64,000 nucleotides of DNA from a virus (lineage: Duplodnaviria; Caudoviricetes), in IMG/VR virus record IMGVR_UViG_3300048502_000077, positions 2,665 to 66,664 of that record. The stretch is one strand, 5' to 3'. Numbering within the stretch: position 1 is the stretch's first letter; every line of letters starts with the position of its first letter. The notes below the pieces were generated by a model that was not told the DNA's origin, made no database searches, and was given only the letters and a program-made list of their open reading frames with translations. Below, piece by piece: positions 40,551 to 49,076 of this stretch. The position numbers and the translations under genes were made by a program.

Positions 40551-41375
40551 CATGAATGGCGTGAAACACGTCTCGCCGCGATTGCTGAATAATTGTACGC
40601 AGCGGTCAATGACATCCAATTGCAGAGGATGGACATGTTTTTCGTCTTCGCTTTCGCGCGCCTCGCGGTACGGCAGTACACGTTGCATGCGGATGTCGTC
40701 CCACATGCAATCGGCATACTGTCTCCATATCCAGTGAGAGAAACGGTTCTCTGTTTGCTTTCCGGTCCAGCCGCGGTAGGACAATACGTCAGCCGGCGGC
40801 AAGCGCTCACCAGCATAGTCAAGCATTCCGATCGGATGGGCGACGGGCACGGGATTCTTGCCATGACGACGGAAGGTCAACAGCTGATCGCCGGCTGCAA
40901 CACCGCAGTCAAGCGAGTCCGCAACGAGCGATGCATGCGCGAGGTTTTTCTGCATCGTGCGCAGACGCACGGCCAGCGGCTCTTTCCAGATCATGCGCCG
41001 TCCAGTGAAGTGCCAGCCGCACCGTTCATGCAGACGGATGATATCTCCAGGGAAATCAATATATGAATCGGTGCCACTGTTGCTGCGCGGGATGTCCATG
41101 CAGTGAACACACGTCATTCGACCTGGCATCGTCACGCGCGCCAATTCTGCGACCTGAAATCCGTACTGCTTGAAAAACTCGTCGTAACTGTCGCAATTCG
41201 ACAGATCGCGAGGATCGCTGGAATACACGTACAGGCCACCGACTCCTGCAGATGCAAATGGCGGACTATAAATGGACAAATGCACAGACGCCTCGGGCAT
41301 CGCGCGCAAAACATCCATGCAGTCGCCGTTATATAATGCAAACTTGTTAGTAACCGATTGCTCTACGACATCCAT
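40551..41375 (-). CDS. DNA N4/N6 methyltransferase (beta-class order), truncated at the SAM-binding motif
   Basis: YNGDC; SIYSPPF (catalytic motif IV); EKH.HPLQLDVI.RC..L.SN.GE...TPFM. The expected G.GS does not follow; unrelated Cys-rich sequence runs on in frame to 40092. Confidence 0.7.
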
Positions 41376-42736
41376 GACGGCAACTCCATATTCTTGATTT
41401 CGCCGCGAAACCGACCGATAGTCTGAGCATTGTGCATTTGCTCAATGAGCCGATCGAACATTGCATCGGCTTGAGCGGCCTTGCGCTGCATATTCTTGAG
41501 AATGCCGCGCTGTCCTTCGGTTGTGACAGTATCGACACGTACCGGACGTTTCTGACCAAATCGATAACAGCGACGGATTCCTTGATACCGCTGCTCGAAA
41601 CTGTGTGACGGAAAATCCACGATATGCGCACAGTGCTGGAAATTGAGCCCCCACGCCCCTATCTTTTTCTTCGTCACCAAAACACGCGCTTTGCCGTCCG
41701 CGAATGCGAGCAACCGTTCCTCTTTCGCATCCTCACTGTCAGAACCAGAGACTTGCACGGCATCCGGAATCATCCGCTCGAGCGTATCGCCTTCCTCGTT
41801 CAGATCGCACCACACAAGGGCCGGCTGCCCAGTATGATTGACCAGTTCGGCAGCCTTGGCGCAGCGTTCCTCGACGGTGCGTTTGCGTTCTTCGCGCTGT
41901 TCCTTAAGTCCAATGGCCGGTAGTGCAAATAGCATTCCATTCGCCAGCGTGCGGGCTTCGATAAGGTGTTCGACTTCTTCAAGCGGTGGCAAAATGAAGT
42001 CGCCATCTGGAAATCCCATATCCGAAGGCCTTCGCGCGGCGTGCATCCATGAGCAAACCCAACGCCAGAAGGGGATTTCTGCATGGCCCTTCAGTCGCCA
42101 CTTAATGACCTCGCCGCGCATGCGGCCTTGCGCACTATTGTTGAGATCATTCTTGAAGAATCGATTGAGCATGTCCATATGCCCGATATATCCCAAGGCC
42201 TCGGAGGACGTGCCAAGTTCAATGTAATCGTTTGGCGCAGCCGTCGCGGTCTGCAGTAATCGATATTCGACCTTGCGCATGAACTGCGTGATCTGTCCTC
42301 GGCGCGTGCCGGCGAAAGACTTCAGGATGCTAGACTCATCACATACGACGCCGCCGAAGTGATCCGGATTGAAGTAATGCAGACGCTCATAGTTCGTGAC
42401 GATAATATGGCCCGTGCGAAACTGACCGGCCTTGCAAAGTTCCGCCTCAATGCCAAACTTCTGCGCTTCGCGGATAGTCTGCGCCCCCACCGCAACTGGC
42501 GTGAGGTACAGCACCGGCTTGCTCGTCTTGCGCGATACGTTTGATGCCCATACGAGTCCCATCGGGGTTTTGCCGAGACCGCAATCCTTGACATTGGCCG
42601 AGCGGCCTTTGCGAATCGTCCACTCAGTGGCGACAACTTGCGGCGGAAACAGAAAGTCCGGCATCCATAGAGGCGCGAACCCATCGTCTGCGCCGCCCTG
42701 GCTCTTGGCAAGAATGAACTGCTCGTAACTATCCAC
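41363..42736 (-). CDS. SNF2-like/SF2 helicase (helicase-methylase pair)
   Basis: KDCGLGKT (Walker A), VCDESSILK, TATAAPND..ELG..EALG, G.GLN.QHC, Q..RRC.RFGQ..PV. GTG start at 42736. Confidence 0.85.
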   Translation of the reverse strand: MDSYEQFILAKSQGGADDGFAPLWMPDFLFPPQVVATEWTIRKGRSANVKDCGLGKTPMGLVWASNVSRKTSKPVLYLTPVAVGAQTIREAQKFGIEAELCKAGQFRTGHIIVTNYERLHYFNPDHFGGVVCDESSILKSFAGTRRGQITQFMRKVEYRLLQTATAAPNDYIELGTSSEALGYIGHMDMLNRFFKNDLNNSAQGRMRGEVIKWRLKGHAEIPFWRWVCSWMHAARRPSDMGFPDGDFILPPLEEVEHLIEARTLANGMLFALPAIGLKEQREERKRTVEERCAKAAELVNHTGQPALVWCDLNEEGDTLERMIPDAVQVSGSDSEDAKEERLLAFADGKARVLVTKKKIGAWGLNFQHCAHIVDFPSHSFEQRYQGIRRCYRFGQKRPVRVDTVTTEGQRGILKNMQRKAAQADAMFDRLIEQMHNAQTIGRFRGEIKNMELPSWMS

Positions 42737-42935
42737 GTCTCTTACGCCTCGGCACAATCGTAGTCTCGACCTCATACCCGAGATGCTTCAACAAATCCTC
42801 CCCAATCGGCCGCCGCCCCTTCAACGCATCGCATAGCCTCGATGGCGACACGCCCCACTGCCGCGCCAGTGCCCGCAGGGAAACCGCAGCGTTTATGCGA
42901 CGCTGCAGCTCCACTTTTGCATCGAAGGCCACCAT
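42729..42935 (-). CDS. Small Cro/XRE-like helix-turn-helix protein
   Basis: SLRALARQWGVSPSRLCDALKGRRP. Confidence 0.7.
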   Translation of the reverse strand: MVAFDAKVELQRRINAAVSLRALARQWGVSPSRLCDALKGRRPIGEDLLKHLGYEVETTIVPRRKRRG

Positions 42936-43319
42936 TTACTGAAGGAGGGCGACCTGGGCGGTGATGTCTTGGGCGAAGTTCAGTGCTGCGACGGGCGAGA
43001 ACGCGAACTCAATACCAGCGAGACGGATGACGACGGCCTTAACTGCGGCATCATGACCAATACCCATGACCGTATCAGCGACCCGCATGCCGCAGCCACG
43101 CGAGGCGGGGAGGGCGGGAGCGGGTGCAGGAGCGGCTGATTTGGCGGGTTCCGAATATCCGAGCACTGCGGGCTCAGAGCCCGGATCCGGCAGCAGTGGC
43201 GCACCGAAGACGCTGGGCTCGGGTACTTTTAGCGCCGACACATCAATGCGCACAATCTCCTTGCCGGCCCGCTTCGGCGGTTTGCGCGTGTATTTTCTCT
43301 TGGCTTTGGCTTTCGCCAT
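42936..43319 (-). CDS. Hypothetical protein (basic N-terminus, Pro/Ala linker)
   Basis: GGGAG RBS, ATG at 43319; first gene of the leftward unit. Confidence 0.55.
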   Translation of the reverse strand: MAKAKAKRKYTRKPPKRAGKEIVRIDVSALKVPEPSVFGAPLLPDPGSEPAVLGYSEPAKSAAPAPAPALPASRGCGMRVADTVMGIGHDAAVKAVVIRLAGIEFAFSPVAALNFAQDITAQVALLQ

Positions 43320-43347
43320 GGTCTGTCTCCCTAAGTGAATGAAGAAT

Positions 43348-43419
43348 GTTCGCGCGCAGCGTACGACAAATATTACGGACACGTCAACTGTTGACTCCTG
43401 TTCGCGTAGCGCGTACGGT
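43348..43419. promoter_or_regulatory. Divergent sigma70 promoter pair with two 17-bp operators
   Basis: Rightward: TTGACT(43391)-cctGTTCGCGtagCGCG-TACGGT. Leftward: TTGACG(43387)-18 nt-TACGCT, overlapping operator GTTCGCGcgcAGCGTAC (43348-43364). Confidence 0.8.
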
Positions 43420-43445
43420 ACGGCAATCACTCACGGAGGCAGGCC

Positions 43446-43766
43446 ATGACCGATAAACCAAACCTCGGATTGCCGTGGCAACTCGCGCCATCCAGCGACG
43501 TTCTTGTCATCGACTCGGACAATCGAGAGGTCGCGGATTGCGAACTGCACGACTATGGTAAGAACTTCGCGGAGTACGAAGCCAAGGCCGCGTTCATCGT
43601 GAAGACTGCGAACTGCCATGACGAATTGGTCGCTGCACTAAATGCCATGCTCACGCACTACCGCTCCGAAGGATGCGCGGATCCGACGTGCGGGGTATGT
43701 CAGCGCAGCAAGGCGGCGGAAGACTTGGCGAACAAGGCGATTGCGAGGGCGGGGGGGCGGTTGTGA
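43446..43766 (+). CDS. Phage hypothetical protein
   Basis: GGAGG RBS; PW......V; A.A.FIV...N.HDELV.AL..ML. Confidence 0.65.
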   Translation: MTDKPNLGLPWQLAPSSDVLVIDSDNREVADCELHDYGKNFAEYEAKAAFIVKTANCHDELVAALNAMLTHYRSEGCADPTCGVCQRSKAAEDLANKAIARAGGRL

Positions 43767-44171
43767 AATGCACCGATCCGCGTGGCCATAGCTACCAAAC
43801 CAAGCGCGAGCGTTATGGCGATGATGCGGACGGCAATCGCGGTATTTGGCAAACATACCAAGAGTGCCGCTTTTGTCACGAAGAACCCGACGCAGAGGAC
43901 GAAGAATGAAACTCTCCGAAGAACTCCTGGACGCCATCGACGGTGGCGAGGAATGCGCAGGCCGCGACAGCCGACTGACCGAGTGGGCGCGCCAAGCTGA
44001 GCATCTGGAATTATGCCGCGAATCTTTGCTTACAACGCTTGCCGAGATTTCCAAGGGCGCAGGCGAAGTGGCGATTGCGGTGAGTGGTGGCAGCGTCTCC
44101 AGTGAGGCGGTCCAGCGTTACGCGGCATCTGTCAAGTCGTTTGCCGATGCGGCGATCAAGGTGGGACGGCG

Positions 44172-44705
44172 ATGAAGCCAATGTCTCCAACGCAGGAGAA
44201 AATGCTCAGGCAGCTGACCATGCGGCACGCTCATGCTGGAACTGCGGAATTGATGTTGCAGACGGGACTGACCAGCGCCATGGCGGTCGATTGGGTGCTC
44301 AACGCCCTGCATCGGCGCGGGCTCATTACCTTCGGAGACGAAGGTACTCCAGTCATCACCGATGCCGGCAATGCAGCCCTCGGCATAAATACGTTGACCG
44401 CTGTGCGCGACGTGCGTACAGTGACACCTTGCGTCAATACCGACGCTTCGCTAAACAAATCGGGAGTTACGAAAATGGCAAAAGCCAAGATCCTTCGCAC
44501 GTACATCATTCGCGACACAAAGACCAAGGCCCCGAAGGCGCTGGTCGAATCCACTTCAGGCCCCGCCGCACTGCGGTTCTACATCAAGGGCGAGTTCACT
44601 GTCGGCTATGCCGAGCAGGCGGATCTGCGCGAGGCGATGAAGGCGGATGTGCCGGAGCTCAAGGACGACGGCAGCGAGGATGCGACCGACGAAGCGGCGG
44701 TATAG
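44172..44705 (+). CDS. Winged-helix protein, probably fused in this sequence to a separate small ORF starting near 44475 (MAKAKIL)
   Basis: SPTQ.KML..L...; V...L.AL..RGLI......T..G..AL; internal GGGAG RBS before MAKAK. Confidence 0.5.
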   Translation: MKPMSPTQEKMLRQLTMRHAHAGTAELMLQTGLTSAMAVDWVLNALHRRGLITFGDEGTPVITDAGNAALGINTLTAVRDVRTVTPCVNTDASLNKSGVTKMAKAKILRTYIIRDTKTKAPKALVESTSGPAALRFYIKGEFTVGYAEQADLREAMKADVPELKDDGSEDATDEAAV

Positions 44706-44707
44706 TC

Positions 44708-45565
44708 ATGCCCTTCGCTCGCCTTCTGGACTGCTCGAAAGAGCAGTATCATGCCGATCCGACTGAAGTGCCATCTCTCAGTTATTCGGTCGCGAAAATA
44801 CTGCTTACCGAGTCGCCGATGCATGCGTATTACTACCACCCGCGTCTGGGTGGTCACGTACGCGAGCAAACCAAAGCGATGGGGAAGGGACAGGTGATTC
44901 ATAAGCTCTTGCTCGGCATTGGTGCGGATATCGTTGTTGTCCGTGCGGACAATTTCCGAACGAAAGCCGCGCAAGAGCTTCGGGATGCGGCCATTGCGGC
45001 AGGCAAGACGCCGATTATCGCGCATGAATACGATGGAATTGTCGCGGCAGCGGAAACCATTCGCGAGCGGCTGGCTGAGTATGATATTGATCTGATGGCG
45101 CTCCATGCGCTGCGAGAACAGGCCTTCGAATGGGATGAGGAAACCGAGAACGGCCCGGTCCGCTGCCGCGGAATGGCGGATTACTTAGACCTGACCAATG
45201 GCGTGCTACTGGATCCTAAGTCGGCCGCCTGTGCGCATCCGCTCAAAGTCAAACGGATCATCACGGATATGGCCTATGACATTCAGGCGGCGGCCTACTC
45301 AAGTGCGGTGGAAAAACTGAATCCGGAACTGTTGGGACGCGTGGACTTTGGCTGGCCGTTTGTTGAACTGGAGGCACCTTACGCTGTGTTGCCGGCACGG
45401 CCGACTGAATCAATGAAGGAAATGGGCCGCATGCGGTGGCGTCGAGCTGTGTTGTTGTGGCAGAAGTGCCTGAGTACCGGAAAGTGGCCCGGGTATTCGG
45501 ATGGCTGGGTGAACATGGCGCCTACCGACTGGGCGATGTCGCAGGAGCTGGAGGCGCAGGAGTGA
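44708..45565 (+). CDS. PD-(D/E)XK exonuclease, exonuclease VIII/RecE-like (DUF3799)
   Basis: YHAD....PSLS.S.AK.LL..SP.HA; AM..G..(I/L)H..LLG; RCRG..D.L......D.K; Y..QAA.Y; LE.PYA. Confidence 0.8.
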   Translation: MPFARLLDCSKEQYHADPTEVPSLSYSVAKILLTESPMHAYYYHPRLGGHVREQTKAMGKGQVIHKLLLGIGADIVVVRADNFRTKAAQELRDAAIAAGKTPIIAHEYDGIVAAAETIRERLAEYDIDLMALHALREQAFEWDEETENGPVRCRGMADYLDLTNGVLLDPKSAACAHPLKVKRIITDMAYDIQAAAYSSAVEKLNPELLGRVDFGWPFVELEAPYAVLPARPTESMKEMGRMRWRRAVLLWQKCLSTGKWPGYSDGWVNMAPTDWAMSQELEAQE

Positions 45566-45855
45566 GCAATCGAATCTTGGCCCCCCTTACGCTACTGGCG
45601 CTGCCAGGCTGCGCCGTCGCCCCCAACACGCTGCACATGGGCGTGGAGCACATCTCCAGCATTGAACAGCACTTGGTGAGCGACCCTACCAATGTAGGCG
45701 TGGAGGTCGCGACGGTGTCGGCGATCTGGCGTCCGACCCGCCACACATACATCGAGGTCCAGGACGGCTATATCTTCAATGGCGCCTATTTCGCCGGGCG
45801 TGATCGGGAGATTTTCGAGGCGCGCGCTGGCGTGGCACTTGAGCTGAAGCCATGA
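45562..45855 (+). CDS. Small lipoprotein with a beta-rich domain
   Basis: MSNRILAPLTLLALPG/C lipobox; alternating beta strands; ends EIFEARAGVALELKP. Confidence 0.6.
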   Translation: MSNRILAPLTLLALPGCAVAPNTLHMGVEHISSIEQHLVSDPTNVGVEVATVSAIWRPTRHTYIEVQDGYIFNGAYFAGRDREIFEARAGVALELKP

Positions 45856-45903
45856 GCCGCGAATTCCAACGTCAGCTTATTTTTAGAGGACAGGTGTGAA
45901 CCC

Positions 45904-47346
45904 ATGAAAATCAATTCCCTGCGTATCACGGGTTTCAAGCGCGTGATTGAAGTTCACATCGTTCCTGGTAGTCGCATAGTCAGGATCACCGGACCCAATG
46001 AGGCCGGCAAGAGCAGCATCTTGGATGCTATTTGGGTGGCAATCCGCGGTGCAGCAGTGCGCCGTCGAAGCCATTAACACCAGAGGCCAACGAGGCCATC
46101 ATTGAGGTTGGATCTCGGCGAGATCATTGTCCGTCGCGAATTCCACAAAACAGAGTCCGCCGACGAAACAACGCTGCTGCGTGTCGAGTCGCGCAAGGGC
46201 GCACGCTTTCCGTCTCCGCAAAAGATGCTGGACAAACTGTTCAGCAAACTGACCTTCGATCCGCTCGAATTCGCCCGCATGGAACCGGCAAAGCAATTCA
46301 CAGAATTGCAGAAATTCGTGCCGGGCTTTGACTTCGCGGACAACGCCGGCCGACGCCTGGCGCTGTTTGAAAAGCGCACCGAGTGGAACCGGATGGAGAA
46401 ACAGGAGCGCGGTGCTGCGGCCGTCATTGACTTGCATCCGGATACACCGGCCGCGCCCGTGGACGAAGAATCGCTGATCGAAGAACTGAACAATGCCGGT
46501 AAGTCCAATGCCACATTGGCGACGCGGCGAGAGCGGCGTACTGTCGCAGAAGAGTCCCTGAAACGATTGACCGCTGAAGCCGAGGTCCTTCGCGGCGGAA
46601 TTGATCAGCAAGTCGCAGCCGCCAGTCATCGCCTGGATAGGCGCGCCGATGATCTGCGCATGCGTATCAAGGAATTCGAGGACGCGTTGGCGCAGGCAAA
46701 GATAGAACTGGCACAACACCAGGAAAGCGCAGCCACAGAATTGCAGGCCGTGCGCAGCCAACTGGAACAACACGTCAAGACTAGAGAGGCGGACCGTGAC
46801 GAACTGAAGTCCAAGATCGACAGCGCCGAACCGCTGCCTGCCGAAATCGATGTGGACGAATTGGCGGCCAAACTGGATCGCGCGCGTACCGCCAATGATC
46901 TGTATCGCCGCAAGGAACGGCGTGATACGCATATCAAGCATGCTGAGGCCGCCAAGTCCGAAGCCGATGCGCTGACTGCTGCAATAGAACTGGTTGACAA
47001 GGAAAAGCGCGAGGCCATTACCGCAGCCGCCATGCCGGTCAAGGGACTGGGCTTCGGGGCCAATGAGATCCTCTACAATGACCTACCGTTCGCCCAAGCG
47101 AGCGATGCTGTGCGACTGCGCGTGTCGGTAGCCATTGCCGCATCACAAGATCCGGAATTGAGGATATTGCGAATCAAGGAAGGGTCGCTGCTCGATAAGA
47201 ACGGCGTCAAGTTACTCGATGAGATTTGCGAGGAACACGATATGCAGGCATGGCTGGAAGTGGTCATGCAAGGCGAAGATGACCCCATGGCATGGGTGAT
47301 CGAGGCCGGGACGGTTAAGCATGGGCCGGCTGGGGGCGTGCAGTAA
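45904..47346 (+). CDS. SMC/SbcC-like ATPase with a coiled coil; two apparent sequencing frameshifts near 46050-46100
   Basis: MKI..L.I.GFKR.....I.P......ITGPNEAGKSSILDAI (Walker A); long coiled coil; signature-like LPF.QAS...LR.SVAIA; IKEGSLLD. Confidence 0.75.
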
Positions 47347-48287
47347 TGCCAATCGAATTCAAACCCGCCGTCCGCGGTAATGAACATCTGATCATCGGTC
47401 TGATTGGGGGAACCGGATCCGGCAAGACCTTTACAGGATTGGAACTGGCGGCAGGACTAACGCCGACCGGCAAGAAGTTCGCCATGATCGACACGGAAGC
47501 CGGGCGTGGGCTGCACTACGCAGACTATCAGCAGTTTGCTAACCGATATGATCATGCGGACTTGCGGGCACCGTTCCGGCCGGATACGTACCGCGAGGCG
47601 ATCTTTGCGGCAGAGGATGCGGGCTATCCGGTGATCATGGTCGATAGCTGCTCCCACGAGTGGGCTGGTGCCGGCGGCGTGATCGATTGGCAGGAGGAAG
47701 AACTTGACCGGATGGCCGGTGACGATTGGAAGAAACGCGAGTCGTGCAAAATGGCCGCATGGATTAAACCGAAGATGGCGCATAAGCAGATGGTACAGAA
47801 ACTGCTGCAGTTACGCGCGCATCTGATCCTGTGTTTCCGCGCGGAGGAAAAGGTCGACATCGTTAAAGAGGACGGTAAAACCAAGATCGTGCCAGCACAA
47901 CGACGCACGGGTCTAAATGGCTGGGTGCCGATCTGCGAGAAGCATCTGCCGTTCGAACTGACGTGCAGTTTCCTCTTTACCGAGGAAGCTCCTGGCTTTC
48001 CCAAGCCGATCAAACTGGAAGGCCAGCATAGGAAGTTTTTTCCGCTGGATCAGCCGGTAGATCGCGAGTCCGGACGGCTACTGGCAGAATGGGCCGCGAA
48101 CGCGCCAAAAATCAACGCGCCATCGCAGGACCAAGTCGCCTCCCTAATCAAACTCTATGAAACCTGCGATGCATCAGGCTTCGCCAAACTCGAGACCGAC
48201 CGCAAAGCCTGGTGGTCGATGATCAAGCCGCAGCAGGCGGTGCTTAAAACGGTGTCGGATCAGGCGAGAGCCCGACTCGGACTATAA
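47346..48287 (+). CDS. AAA_24/Sak4-like ATPase (recombination)
   Basis: IGLIGGTGSGKTFT.L; IDTE.GR...YAD; PF.P..Y..AI..AE..G..VI.VDS.SHEW.G.GG. Confidence 0.8.
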   Translation: MPIEFKPAVRGNEHLIIGLIGGTGSGKTFTGLELAAGLTPTGKKFAMIDTEAGRGLHYADYQQFANRYDHADLRAPFRPDTYREAIFAAEDAGYPVIMVDSCSHEWAGAGGVIDWQEEELDRMAGDDWKKRESCKMAAWIKPKMAHKQMVQKLLQLRAHLILCFRAEEKVDIVKEDGKTKIVPAQRRTGLNGWVPICEKHLPFELTCSFLFTEEAPGFPKPIKLEGQHRKFFPLDQPVDRESGRLLAEWAANAPKINAPSQDQVASLIKLYETCDASGFAKLETDRKAWWSMIKPQQAVLKTVSDQARARLGL

Positions 48288-48305
48288 TTTCAACGGGAGA
48301 TTTTC

Positions 48306-48968
48306 ATGCGAACCTATCAAGTAATAATTACCGGCAAAACACCGCTGCTAATGCATCACGACAATATTGACTGGGCAGACTTCATGGACGCATGGAAATC
48401 TGATCCAGCCAATAAACAGGGAAGCAAAGCCGGTGATGATAGGGCGCCAGCATGGAGATGGCTGGGATGTGTGTACCACGATGACAAGATAGTTTCGATA
48501 CCGCAGACCAATGTTATGAAATCGCTTATGGAGGGCGGGGCGATGGTTCCGGTTCCTGGAGGTAAAAACGGTAAGACTTTCAAATCACAGACACAATCCG
48601 GAATGATGAGTGTGGAACCGTTCTGGAGTCTGCGGGTTAACGGCGCAACCATTAAATGGTCGGACATTGAGAGCCTTAAGGATTTGAAAGAATTTTCTAA
48701 GCATAAGGATGCGGCAAGAGCGCTCGGATTTGAACTGCTCGTGAAGCGGGCCGCCGTGGGATCCGCGAAGCACATTCGCGTGCGCCCTCAGTTCGCTGCC
48801 GGCTGGCAAGCAATTGGGTCTATTGCGGTGTGGGACGAACAAATAACTGACAGAGCCCTTGCTGATATTTTTGCGTATGCAGGACAGTACAAAGGGATCG
48901 GTGATTGGCGTCCGGGCGCGCCGAAGAAGCCCGGCCCGTATGGGACGTTTGAAGCGAAGATCGTGTGA
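48306..48968 (+). CDS. Stand-alone RAMP/Cas7(Csm3)-like protein, candidate guide-RNA-binding effector (Vipr-like)
   Basis: GGGAG RBS. RRM beta1 motif YQVIITGKTPLLMH, alpha1 motif VSIPQTNVMKSLMEG, and C-terminal G-rich loop GQYKGIGDWRPGAPKKPGPYGTFE parallel Csm3 TPLHIG / IPGSSLKG / LGG..SRGYG. Judged by eye. Confidence 0.7.
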   Translation: MRTYQVIITGKTPLLMHHDNIDWADFMDAWKSDPANKQGSKAGDDRAPAWRWLGCVYHDDKIVSIPQTNVMKSLMEGGAMVPVPGGKNGKTFKSQTQSGMMSVEPFWSLRVNGATIKWSDIESLKDLKEFSKHKDAARALGFELLVKRAAVGSAKHIRVRPQFAAGWQAIGSIAVWDEQITDRALADIFAYAGQYKGIGDWRPGAPKKPGPYGTFEAKIV

Positions 48969-48975
48969 TCAGATG

Positions 48976-49055
48976 GGCCGGGCTGGGCACGGAGAGGCAC
49001 GGCCGGGCATGGCGAGGCATGGCAGGGCGCGGCCGGGCATGGTGTGGCAAGGGGT
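48976..49055 (+). repeat. Tandem pentamer array GG(Y)NN x15 (plus a terminal GGGGT), putative guide ncRNA
   Basis: GGCCG GGCTG GGCAC GGAGA GGCAC GGCCG GGCAT GGCGA GGCAT GGCAG GGCGC GGCCG GGCAT GGTGT GGCAA GGGGT. Starts 7 nt after the stop of 48306-48968. Confidence 0.9.
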
Positions 49056-49076
49056 CTATGACCAAAGGATGTTAAG

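Noticed and set aside
10430-46110. Frameshifted or start-less essential genes (tube C-terminus ~10440, tape-measure start ~11240, hub ~15650, spike ~15843, SMC ~46050-46100) as pseudogenes or recoding
   Set aside because: Single-base corrections restore conserved sequence in several essential genes at once. This points to long-read or assembly indel errors; read polishing would settle it.
48976-49055. Classical CRISPR array
   Set aside because: There are no 23-50 nt repeats with unique spacers; the unit is 5 nt. No canonical CRISPR array, tRNA or rRNA was seen anywhere in the window.
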